From: a virus | Lineage: Duplodnaviria > Caudoviricetes | Virus record (IMG/VR): IMGVR_UViG_2595698628_000001 | Location: 6,121-70,120 of that record | Direction: 5' to 3' (one strand) | Length of the DNA stretch: 64,000 nt | Shown: in pieces, positions 10,322 through 20,500 of the stretch | Position numbering within the stretch: the first letter of the stretch is position 1 | Layout of the letters: the number at the start of each line of letters is the position of its first letter | Made by a program: the position numbers and the translations under genes | The notes under the pieces: model-generated | The model's database searches: none | Seen by the model: the letters and a program-made list of their open reading frames with translations, nothing else | Told to the model about the DNA's origin: nothing

Positions 10322-10575
10322 TCACCGCCGTGGTGATCACGATGACGACACCGCCCGTGGGCGAGGCTCCGACGGTCATGCGGGCCGGGCCGACGCTCGG
10401 CAGCGTGGCAGAGGCACCCTACGTCTCGTGCCGAGACGGCTACGTGGCTCCGAGCTTGGACCAGTGCCCGACGATTCAGCGGCACACGACCGGGCCACCA
10501 ATACCGCCCATCGGCGGTGGACCTCGCCGCCGGGGCGGTCTGCTGGGCCTCGGCGGCGTCGCGGGCATCCTGTGA
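10306..10575 (+). CDS. Small Pro/Gly-rich hypothetical protein
   Basis: Fills the gap before the major tail gene; hydrophobic N-terminus. Confidence 0.5.
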   Translation: MWSELITAVVITMTTPPVGEAPTVMRAGPTLGSVAEAPYVSCRDGYVAPSLDQCPTIQRHTTGPPIPPIGGGPRRRGGLLGLGGVAGIL

Positions 10576-10660
10576 CTGCACGCCGATCGAATACGGTGGT
10601 ACCAGCCTCGGAGACCGACCACGGCGCGTGCGCGCCAATGAACAAGAGGAGCAGGTCAGC

Positions 10661-11464
10661 ATGACCACCTTCCCGCTCGTCAAGGGCACGCGGCTCCGCG
10701 CCACCAAGGTCGACAGCTGCGGCAAGCCGATCGCTGGTGCCCGCAATCGTCTCGTCACCTCCGGCTTCGTGACTCTGGGCCTGACCGCAGTGATGCGTGA
10801 GGCGCAGGACTTGACGCAGGACAACGCCGAGGGCAAGGAGTGCGTGAGCGACCGCACCGCGCCCGAGCGTCGCTGGTACACGCCTGCGCTCGAACTCTGC
10901 AACGTCAACCCCGGCCTGATCACTATGTTCACCGGCTGGGAGAACCTGCTGGACGCCAACGATGAGGTTGTCGGCTTCCGCGACCAGAAGGAGATCGAGA
11001 GCGACTACGGCATCGCCCTTGAGGTGTGGACCTCGGGCAAGTCGGAGGACGACTGCGGCGATATTCCGACGACCGACGCCGCGCTGCTCGACACCACCTC
11101 TGGCCGCAAGTACGGGTACTTCCTGTTCGCCGGTACCGAGTGGACGTTGGGCGACATCAACATCGGCGCGACCGTCGCGACGCTGACCCTGACGGGCCGG
11201 ACCATCGCGATGCCGAACTGGGCGCGTGGCCCGTACAACGTGCAGGCCGACGACACCGGGGCGGCGGTGCGCCTGCTCACCCCGACGTCCAAGAAGGAAC
11301 ACCTCACAGTGTTCCGTACCCCGATCGCTCCGCCGGAGCCGACCGAGGGCAGCCAGCCGGTCGCGCTGGCCACGTCGACCATCTTCACCGCGCCGGATTA
11401 CTACTACGGTGGCCCGGCTGCAGAGCCTGCCGCCGACGTCGCGCCCGACCAGCCTGCGGCGTAA
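10661..11464 (+). CDS. Major tail protein
   Basis: GAGGAG RBS before MTTFPLVKGTRLRATKVDSCG; followed by a terminator. Confidence 0.8.
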   Translation: MTTFPLVKGTRLRATKVDSCGKPIAGARNRLVTSGFVTLGLTAVMREAQDLTQDNAEGKECVSDRTAPERRWYTPALELCNVNPGLITMFTGWENLLDANDEVVGFRDQKEIESDYGIALEVWTSGKSEDDCGDIPTTDAALLDTTSGRKYGYFLFAGTEWTLGDINIGATVATLTLTGRTIAMPNWARGPYNVQADDTGAAVRLLTPTSKKEHLTVFRTPIAPPEPTEGSQPVALATSTIFTAPDYYYGGPAAEPAADVAPDQPAA

Positions 11465-11488
11465 GCTCGGCTGATCAGCGAAGCGGCA

Positions 11489-11517
11489 AACCGCCCCGGT
11501 CAATGACCGGGGCGGTT
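11489..11517. terminator. Intrinsic, probably bidirectional terminator
   Basis: AACCGCCCCGGTCA-A-TGACCGGGGCGGTT between convergent genes. Confidence 0.8.
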
Positions 11518-11530
11518 CGTCGTCTTGCGG

Positions 11531-11797
11531 TTAGGCGGCTGCGGCGACCGCCTCGTTGACGAGATCGTAGGTGATGCCGCCCGCCATGTACCCGCGAGTG
11601 ATCTGGCCGGGCAGGTAGCCAGCGGCGTCGAGGCGGGCAGCGGTGCTCAGCGCGTGCTCGACGGTGGAGACCACCTCGGCGGCGAGCAGGAAACGGGCGA
11701 TGCGAACCTCAGCGGTCGAGGAGCCGGTGTGGGCGACAGCCTCGCGGATGCGGCGGTCAAGCTCGGCGGCGGCGAAGGTGTTAGCGGTGTGGGCCAT
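11531..11797 (-). CDS. Hypothetical protein (88 aa), antisense insertion in the structural operon
   Basis: GAGGAG RBS, own repeat promoter upstream, terminator downstream. Confidence 0.75.
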   Translation of the reverse strand: MAHTANTFAAAELDRRIREAVAHTGSSTAEVRIARFLLAAEVVSTVEHALSTAARLDAAGYLPGQITRGYMAGGITYDLVNEAVAAAA

Positions 11798-11817
11798 GTC
11801 GGTCTCCTCGGTTGGTA

Positions 11818-11887
11818 GGCGGTCGGTCCCGCCTGATAGCAGAAACGTTACCCTCCTAAGTCGGGTAAGTCTATAGCCAATTATGTG
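11818..11887 (-). promoter_or_regulatory. Conserved promoter-operator-hairpin repeat, copy 1
   Basis: TAGACT(11873-11868)-17bp-TAACGT(11850-11845); hairpin 11818-11833 has a one-base deletion. Confidence 0.85.
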
Positions 11888-11931
11888 CGGCAATTCCCGG
11901 TGAGGGCACTGCACTGGGATAGCCTGAGCGC

Positions 11932-12687
11932 GTGACCTTTGAGTGGCCGATCGAGCGGAGCCTGCTACCTCCGCTGCCGGAGCCGGGCGACCCACCGAGC
12001 GCGGAGTACGTCACCGCCCTCGCGGAGCGCAACGCGGCGGAGGCCTTGGCCATCGAGGTGCTGTGGGCACTGAGTGGTCGGCAGTTCGGCCTGCAGACCG
12101 TCACCGTCCGGCCCTGCCGCCAGCGGGCACCGTGGGAGTCGCGTGACTACACCGACTACGGCGTCACAAGCTACCTGCTGAGCTGGGAGGGCGACCGCTG
12201 GCTGACGTGGCCCTGCGGCTGCGGTGGCCCGTGCCGCGAGTCCGGCCCGAACATGGTGCACCTGCCCGGCCCGGTCGCCGAGGTCGAGACGGTCGAGATC
12301 AACGGTGCAGTGATCGACGCGGCGCAGTGGGCCATCGAGGGCAACGTGCTCTACCGGCGCACCGCCCCGTGGCCGACACAGGACTTGAACCGCCCGCTCG
12401 GCGACACCAACACGTGGGGTGTCACCTACAAGCGCGGACTGCCCGCCCCCGACGGCGTGGCGTACCTGACCGGCCTGCTGGCCAAGGAGTTCCTTGCCGC
12501 CATCGCGGGCAGCGGCAACTGCCGACTGCCGCGCACCGTCACCACGGCCAGCCGCCAAGGCGTGACCTACCGGGTGTATGACCCGGCGGTGATCTATGCC
12601 AACGGCAAGACGGGCCTGGCCGAGGTCGACATGTGGCTGGCGGCGACCAACCCGCATCACCTCCTCGCCGCCCCGACGGTGCGCTGA
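11932..12687 (+). CDS. Head-to-tail adaptor
   Basis: LWALSGRQFG and CRLP..VT..SRQGV motifs; position in the operon. Confidence 0.75.
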   Translation: MTFEWPIERSLLPPLPEPGDPPSAEYVTALAERNAAEALAIEVLWALSGRQFGLQTVTVRPCRQRAPWESRDYTDYGVTSYLLSWEGDRWLTWPCGCGGPCRESGPNMVHLPGPVAEVETVEINGAVIDAAQWAIEGNVLYRRTAPWPTQDLNRPLGDTNTWGVTYKRGLPAPDGVAYLTGLLAKEFLAAIAGSGNCRLPRTVTTASRQGVTYRVYDPAVIYANGKTGLAEVDMWLAATNPHHLLAAPTVR

Positions 12688-13178
12688 TGGCCGACCCTGC
12701 AGCTCACGTCGTCGCCACCGTTATGCAGGCGGTGAGCGAGGTGTTCACCGCGCCGGACGCTGACCCCGCCCCGGTGCGGTTCTTTGCCGGTGATGGTCCC
12801 GCCCTCGCCGCCTGGGACAGCCACGCCAGCCAGAGCTGTGACGTGCCGTTCCTGTGGGTGCTCGCGCAGCGCCGGTACCGGTCGCAGACGTTCCCGGCTC
12901 CGACCATCGACACCTCCGCCTGCGGGCTGACTCGGGTGATCAGCCTGCAGGTCGGCGTGGGCCGGTGCGTGGACGTCTCCGAGGTGCCGAGCTGGGAGAC
13001 CTACCTTGCCGAGGCGACACGCTCACTGGGCGATTCGTACCGCATCGAGCAAGCACTGTGCCGCGCTGCCAAAGTGCTGATCGCCGACGGCGCGGAGGTC
13101 GGCACCGACACCCTGCTGCCGTATGGTCCAGAGGGCGGCGTGGTCGCGTGGACCGGCGTCATTTACGTGAGTCTGTAG
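12687..13178 (+). CDS. Putative head-tail joining / tail terminator protein
   Basis: TGATG coupling; C-terminal PYGPEGGVVAW. Confidence 0.6.
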   Translation: MADPAAHVVATVMQAVSEVFTAPDADPAPVRFFAGDGPALAAWDSHASQSCDVPFLWVLAQRRYRSQTFPAPTIDTSACGLTRVISLQVGVGRCVDVSEVPSWETYLAEATRSLGDSYRIEQALCRAAKVLIADGAEVGTDTLLPYGPEGGVVAWTGVIYVSL

Positions 13179-13182
13179 AGGA

Positions 13183-13521
13183 GTGAACGTGGCCACCATC
13201 ACGATCGAGGGAAGCATCAGCCCGGCTGGCGGTCTCGCGCGCGGTGAGCGCCGGACGGTGCAGGACACGCCCGAGGTGCGCGAGTACGTGCGCAAGGGGT
13301 TCGCCTTCATCGTGGATGAGCGCACCGACACCGAGCGTGAGGCCGATGAGCAGGCGGAGATCGCCCGCGACGCGCTCGGCGTACCGGCCCGCAACGCCAG
13401 TCGCGACGACTGGGCGGAGTTCCTGGCGGCGCACCCCGGCGGGTTCGTCACCGAGGGCAAGAACCGCGATCAGCTCATCGCCGAGTGGGATGCCTACTCG
13501 CCGACCGTCGCTGACGAGTAA
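13183..13521 (+). CDS. Hypothetical virion-module protein
   Basis: ORF tiles the operon. Confidence 0.6.
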   Translation: MNVATITIEGSISPAGGLARGERRTVQDTPEVREYVRKGFAFIVDERTDTEREADEQAEIARDALGVPARNASRDDWAEFLAAHPGGFVTEGKNRDQLIAEWDAYSPTVADE

Positions 13522-13937
13522 TGGCGCGGGTCACCGCCCGCATCGAGATCAACGAGGCCGGGCTGGAACAGCAGTCCGGCGTGATCCTCCGGCGCAAGCA
13601 CCGCTCACTCACCCGCCAGATCGCCACCGAGGGCAGGGCGCGAGTGCCCGTGCTCACCGGCAACCTCGGTCGCTCGATCGGCGAGCTGCCGCAGCGGTAC
13701 CGCCCGTTTCACGTTGACGGCGGTGTCGAGGCGACCGCCGACTACGCAGCGCCCGTGCATGAAGGGTCCAGGCCTCACCGCATCGTGGCCCGGCGCGCCG
13801 AGGCGCTGCACTTCTGGTGGCACGGTCGTGAGATGTTCCGTAAGTCGGTTTGGCACCCCGGCACCCGGTCTCGCCCGTTCCTGCGCAACGCGGGTGAAGC
13901 CGTCATCGCTCGTGACCCGCACATCGACCGGGTGTAG
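13521..13937 (+). CDS. HK97 gp10-like tail component
   Basis: PVLTGNLGRSI...YAAPVHEG...HPGTRSRPFL motifs. Confidence 0.75.
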   Translation: MARVTARIEINEAGLEQQSGVILRRKHRSLTRQIATEGRARVPVLTGNLGRSIGELPQRYRPFHVDGGVEATADYAAPVHEGSRPHRIVARRAEALHFWWHGREMFRKSVWHPGTRSRPFLRNAGEAVIARDPHIDRV

Positions 13938-13991
13938 CCCGACGTCGGTGGTATGGTCGCCACCGTAGGCCTCGGACCCCTTGGGAGACTC

Positions 13992-14561
13992 ATGACCACG
14001 TTCAACGCTGACGGCAGCCGGGAGAAGGCGCACAGCCTGCCGGAGCCGGAGCCTGACCCCTCGATTCAGCTCGAACCGCCGGTCGACTGCGACATCGTGA
14101 CCGACGACGGCGAGACGACCGACACCGCCAGCGTGATTGCCGATCTGGCGACCGATGAGGCGGATGATCCGCGCAAGCCGGTCGACGGCGAGGTGATCGA
14201 CGCCGAACCGGTCAGCACCGCTGTCGCTCTGGTGCCCAAGCTCGACGTCTCGACCATCGAGAAGTGGGATCACGACTGGCTGCAGTTCAAGGGCGACAAG
14301 CTCGGCATCCGTGTGCCGACCCGCCAGGCGCTCGCGGCATTCAGCCTCGCCAGCGGCAAGTACGTCGACATCGGCGTCAAGAATGACCTCACCGGCCTGT
14401 TCATCGCCCGGCACCTGTCGCCGGAGTCCTATGGCCGGGTGTTCTCCCGGCTGATGGACCCCGATGAGGTGGATTACACCGTCGACACCGTGGGCGAGTT
14501 GTTCAACGCGATCGTGACCGCCTCGCTGCAGCCGGAGCCGGGCACCGACAAGCAGGGGTAA
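13992..14561 (+). CDS. Tail assembly chaperone
   Basis: GGGAGA RBS; immediately upstream of the tape measure gene. Confidence 0.65.
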   Translation: MTTFNADGSREKAHSLPEPEPDPSIQLEPPVDCDIVTDDGETTDTASVIADLATDEADDPRKPVDGEVIDAEPVSTAVALVPKLDVSTIEKWDHDWLQFKGDKLGIRVPTRQALAAFSLASGKYVDIGVKNDLTGLFIARHLSPESYGRVFSRLMDPDEVDYTVDTVGELFNAIVTASLQPEPGTDKQG

Positions 14562-14589
14562 TTGCCCACCTCTGCGATAGCCTGACCGG

Positions 14590-17500
14590 GTGACCTCTGC
14601 CGGAAACATCAAGCTCGGCGTCGAGATTGATGCCGATGACTTGAGCGCCAAGCTCGGCGAGGCAGTGCGTCGGGCCATCGCCCCGGCGCTAGCGGAGATT
14701 CAGCGCGAACTCAACAAGGTCCAGCGCGAGTACGACCAAACCGGACGTGCCGCCGAGAAGTCGAGCGCAGCGCAGACCGCCGGGGCCAAGACGGTCGCCG
14801 AGGCGGTCGAGAAGGTCGGCGAGCAGCAGACCAAGACGGCAGCCAAGACCAAGGCGGCGGGCGAGGTCACCACCCGCCAGATCAACGCCATTACCCGCGC
14901 GCTGGTCAAGCAGACGGCGGCGTGGGAGGCGAACACCGCAGCCCGGCTGGGCAACGCCGCTGCACCCGTCGGCGGTGGACCGCCCCGAGGCGGAGGCGGC
15001 GGTGGACCGCCCCGTGGAGGCCGTGGCGGGTTCGGTGACCTGTTCACCGGCCAGGGCGGCGGCTCTCGGTTCCTCACCTCGCCGGTAGGCCTCAACCTCG
15101 GCGCACTGGGCATTGGCTCTCTGCCAGCCGCGACGACTGCCGTGATGCAGGTTGTGGGCGCGGTGCAGCAGCTTGGTCAGGCTGGCCTCGCGCTGCCGGG
15201 AATCTATGCCGCTGCGGCGGCGTCGGTCGGTACCGCCGTGATCGGCTTCAAGGGCATCGGCGATGCCGTGAAGGCGCTCAACGAGGCTGCGAAGTCCGGT
15301 GACCCCAAGGACTTGGAGAAGGCCACCGAGGCGATGAAGGACTTGGACCCGGCGGCAGTCGCCGTGGCCAAGACGGTCTCGGGCCTGGTGCGCGGTCCAC
15401 TGCTCGATCTGCAGAAGGCGACCGCCGGGCGGATGCTCAAGGGGTTCGACTCCGAGCTGCAGACCCTCGCCGACCGCGCGCTGCCTCGGGTCGGCGACGG
15501 CATCGGCAAGATCGCCGACAGCTGGAACGGCACGCTCAAGTCTCTGACCGGCAGCCTCGGCTCCGATCGCAACCTGGGCCTGATGGACCGGATTCTGGGC
15601 AACACGGCCAACGGCCAGAGCCGGATGAACAAGGCCATCGACCCGCTGGTGCACGCCATCGCGACGCTCACCGCAGGCGGCACCGACGTGCTGCCACGCC
15701 TGGCCGACGGTCTCGCCGCCGGAGCCGAGCGGTTCGACAAGTGGATCACCAAGATTGACTCCGACGGTCGGCTCAACAAGTGGATCAACGACGGCGTGAC
15801 CGGCCTGCACCAGCTCGCGGAGTCGGGCCTGAACATCGTCAAGATCATCACCGACATCACCAAGGCCTCCGGCGGCGACCAGGGCGGATTCCTCAAGTGG
15901 CTGTCGGACTCCACGACAAAGCTGCGGGCGCTGACGAGTTCGGTGTCCGGCCAGAACGCGATGCGCGAGTTCTTCCGCGAGGGCAAAGAGCAGGGTGAGC
16001 AGTGGTTGCCCATCCTCAAGAACCTCGGCTCCATCTTGGTCGAGGTGTTCGAGGCCTCCAAGACGTGGAGCGGCATTTTGCTGCCGTTCCTGCGGGTGGC
16101 GACCGATCTGCTCACCTCGATGCCGGTCCTGCTGCAGGCGGTGCTGGTCGGGTTCCTCGCGTGGAAAACCATCGGCGTGTTCAAGCCGATCTTGTCCGGC
16201 CTCGACTCGATCAGCGTGGGCATCGACAAGGTGGCAGCCAAGGCGGGCAAGGGCGGCAAGCTCGGCGGCGTCCGCAACGCCATTGGCGCGCTGGGGTCGA
16301 CGCGCGGCATGACGGGTCTGGGGCTGCTCGCGGGCGGCTCCATCACGCAGATCACCTCCGACAAGAACGACGTCGCCAGCCAGCTGCTCGGCGCGGCGTC
16401 GACCATCGGCGGTGGAGCTTTGACCGGCGCGGCCATCGGGTCGGTCATCCCCGGCATCGGCACCGCGATCGGTGCAGGTGCGGGTGCGGCGGTCGGCACG
16501 GCCATCGCCGGTATCAACTACCTCCTCGCCGACAACAAGGCGGCTCAGGAGGCTGCAGCGGCGGCGACCGAGAAGCTGGCGGCAGCCAATGAGCGCAGCC
16601 ACCAGGCGATGGAGTTGAACGCTCAGGCCATCAAGAGCGTCAACGATGCGCTGGCGGAGTCCGGCGGCAAGATCGACGCCGCCACGCTGGCCGGGGTCGG
16701 CGAGCAGATCAGCAATATCCCTGACCGGCTGTCCGGCGCGTACGACGAAAACACGCTCAAGGGCATCGCCTCGGCGCTCGGCGACGTCGGGATGACGACC
16801 GAGCAGATGGCGCAGACCATCACCGGCAGCCAGGGCCAATTCGATGCCCTGACTGCGCGACTGAACCAGATGGGTCCGGCGGGCCAGATCGCCGCAGCGC
16901 AACTGGCCTCGATCCGTGACGCCACGCTCGGTGCGGCGGGCAACGCGGCGACGGCTGCGCCACTGCTGCAACAGCTCTCCGATATGTTCGGCGGCATCGC
17001 TCAGGCCGGGGTCGGCGTGCAGAACGCTTTCGCCGCCGTGCCCAAGGACGTGCCGATCAACCTGTCGATGCCCGGCGGGCAAGCCGTGTTCGACATCTTG
17101 AAGCAGATCGGCGCGCAGATCGACGTCAACCGCGACGGCGAGATTCACCTGTCGGCACCGCTGGCTCCGTCGGTGCTCGAACAGCTGCGGGCGCTCGGCG
17201 TGCAGATCACGCAGAACCGCGACGGCACGATCAACGTGCAGATCAACGAGCAGCAGTACCTCGACACGCTCAACAAGCTCGGCACGCTCGGTGACGCCTA
17301 CAAGCAGTTGTTCGCGGGCACCCCGGCGCTGCCCAACGTGCCGGTCGCCCCACCCAGCGTCAACAACCAGGCGGCGAACCCGTTCCTGCTACCTCCGCCC
17401 CGGCCCGGCGGAGCCGACGGTATGGTCATCCCCGGCTACGCGCCCAAGCACGACGTCGTGAACGCGGTGCTCGCACCCGGTGAGGGCGTGCTGATCCCCG

Positions 17501-20500
17501 AGGCCGTGCGCGGCATCGGTGGCCCGGCTGGGGTTTACGCGCTCAACAGCCGGTTCCGCCGAGGCCTGAGCACGCGGTACTACGCCGACGGCGGCGTGGA
17601 GCCGCATCTGGGTACCGGCGCATTGCCTGGCCCGGTTGACGACAGCTCGGTGATCGGCGTGTTGCTGCAGATCAGGGACTTGCTCGCTGGCAAGGGCGGT
17701 GCAGCGGCCAACCCGCTGGCGGCGACTGCCTCCAACACCGCCACGGCAGCCAAGGCGGCGACCACGGCGACCGGAGGCGGCAAGCTCGGGCCGTTCGGCA
17801 CCCCGCTCAAGCAGCGCGGTGATCCGGCCTACGAGATGGCGGCGGCAGCTATCTCGGCGCTCGGCGGTGATCCTGAGAAGTGGATCGGCACCGACCCGAC
17901 GCTGCAGGCGGCGACCGCGAGCGTGCTGCCGGGCGGTGTCGTCGGCTCGATGGACTACACCAAGTACGCAGCGGCACTGCAGGCCTTCGCCAAGTCGGGC
18001 AACCTCGCCGACGTGCAGGGCATCGGCCTCAACGCCAATGACCCGGTGATCACCGCGCTCACCTCCGCCCGCAACAAGAAGAAGGGCGGGCTGAGCGACG
18101 ACGAGATTGCGGGCCTGGTCGGCTCGACGCTCGGGCCGACCCCGTACGCGGGCACGCTGACCGAGCAGAACAGCTCATTGGTCAAGTCGCTGCAGCGGTA
18201 CCGCGAGACCCTGATGAAGCAGGCCGGTATCGACCCCAACACGGGTCTGGTGCGCGGGTCGGCGAGCACTGCCGGGTCGACCGGCGTGCCGCTCACCGCG
18301 CTGCCCGCCGGGGCAATGGACCCGATCAGCGCGTACGCGCAGCGATTCTCCGGCGGCAAGTACGAGTGGGGCGGTTCCGACCTCGCAGCAGGCCTGTCGG
18401 ATTGCTCCGGCGCGGTCTCCGATCTGGTCGAGATCATCACCAAGGGCCAGGCGACGTCGGCCCGGTTGTTCAGCACCGCTGACGCCGGGTCGGTCCTGTC
18501 GAGCCTGGGCGCGGTGTCCGGCGCGGTGCCGGGCGCGCTGCAGATCGGGTGGAGCGCCGAGCACATGCGCGCGACGCTGCCCAACGGCGTGAATTTCGAG
18601 TCTGGTGGCGGCACTGGACAGGGCGCGACGTACGGAGGCAACGCCAAGGGCGCGGCGGGAATGCCGAACATCATGAGTCTGCCGATCAACGGCGTGCCGC
18701 TCGGCGCTGGCTACACCGCCTCGATGGGGTCGGGCGGGCTGCCAGGTGCCGCCACAGGAGGCGCAACGCCGGTCTACGTCACCAACTGGCCGGGGCAGGG
18801 TCAAGGTGGCCTGGCGGGGCTGCTGGGCGGCAAAGCGCTCGGTGCCGGTATCGGTGCGGCGGGCGGCGTCGCGGGGCAGGTCTCTGGCGACGTGCTCGGC
18901 GCGATCGGCTCACTGGGCCAGGAGCCGTGGAACAAAGAGGGCGCGAGCTATGCCGCGCTCAACACTCTCGTCAAAGAGGGCAACCCGCTCGCGCTGGCCA
19001 AGGCGCTCGGGATGGACGTGCAGGACTTCACCCGCGAGGGTGGTGCCGCTGGTGATCTGACGACGCAGGGCGGGTCGGGGTACGACGCCAGCGGTCGGTT
19101 GTTCAGCGACACTGCCGGACTGATCGACCGCACGTTCACCTCGCTCAACGCGCAGCTGCAGGCGATGCGTGACCAGATGGTCGACGTCATCGAGCAGACC
19201 AACCAGAAGTTGCAGGAGTCGGCCCTTGAGCCGATCGTGAAGTCGGGCGTGCAGTCCGCGCTCGAATCGCTCAAGGACTCTGTGAGCAACGCGATCGGCA
19301 CCGCGATGGGCAACGCGGCGGCTCCACCGATCGCCGACGCGGTGAGCAGCGCGGTGGCCTCACTGCCGGTCGACAGCTCGGGTGCCGGGTCGACGGGCAC
19401 CGACATGGCGGGCGCGGTGACCGGCGCGGCGGGCAACCTGTTCGCGTCCGGCGGTCCCGTCTACGGCGGCGTGCCCGGCAAGGACTCCGTACCGGCGCTG
19501 CTCATGCCCAACGAGCACGTGTTCACCTCCGCCGAGGTCGCCCGCATGGGAGGCCACGCGGCGGTCGAGCGGTTCCGGTCGGCGCTGATGACCGGCGGCG
19601 TGCGCCACTTCGCCACGGGCGGTGGCGTCATCGGCAACGACACCGTGGGTGCCGAGTTCTTTGGCGTCTCTGAGGTTCCGATCGTCTCGACCATCGTCAA
19701 CCTGCTGGTGCGCGTGCTGCTCAAGGTGATCGGCGTCGAGATCGAGGTGCGCGACACGCTCAACGAGATGACCGACGACTTCCGTGGGTTCCGTGGCGAT
19801 GCGTTCAAGGCGTTCGACGCGCAGGGCCGGTTGCTCAACGACACCTCGGGCCTGATCGAGCGGTCGAGCACGTCGGAGGAGACCGCAGCCGCCGAGCGCA
19901 TCCGCATCCTCAAGATCGTCATTCAGGCCATCATCAAGTACCTGATCGAGAAGGTCATCGTGCCGATCGCCAAGGCGGTCGCCAACTCCGCGATTCAGGC
20001 CGGAGCGAGCGCGGCGGGTGCAGCGGTCAACACGCAGGCACCCGGTGCGGGCGGCATCGTGTCGAGCCTGATCAGCTCGGCGGGGCAGGCCGGTGTCGAC
20101 ATCGCCGCCGAGGTCGGCACCGACTTTGCCCTGGCCATCAGTGAGACCCTGATCGACGTCGTGGCTCAAGGCCTGCAATCGACGTTCCCCGACCTCATGA
20201 CCGGCATCTTCTCGGGCGGGGCGCTGGCCTCGATCTTTGACCCGATCAGCGGCATTCTCGGGTCCATCCTCGGCATCTTCACTGGCCTGCTCGGCGGTGG
20301 CGCGCTCGGCGGGGCGGCGACCATGATCCCCGGCGACAGCCTGTTCCCGTTCGACAACGGCGGGATGGCCAAGGGCGTTGGCTATCTGCCCAAGGCCACG
20401 ATGGACGACGAGCTGGTGCTGTCGCCGGTCGAGACCGACCTGTTCGGGCGGTTTGTGTCCGCACTCGAACGCGGCGGGTTCGGCTCCGGCGGCAACAAGA

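Noticed and set aside
13935-13957. Possible extra operator TAGCCCGACGTCGGTGGTATG
   Set aside because: Only one arm matches well and there is no -35/-10 frame like the other copies
13992-14590. Canonical XXXYYYZ frameshift before the tape measure gene
   Set aside because: No slippery heptamer near the gene end and only 28 nt before the tape measure start, leaving no room for a T ORF
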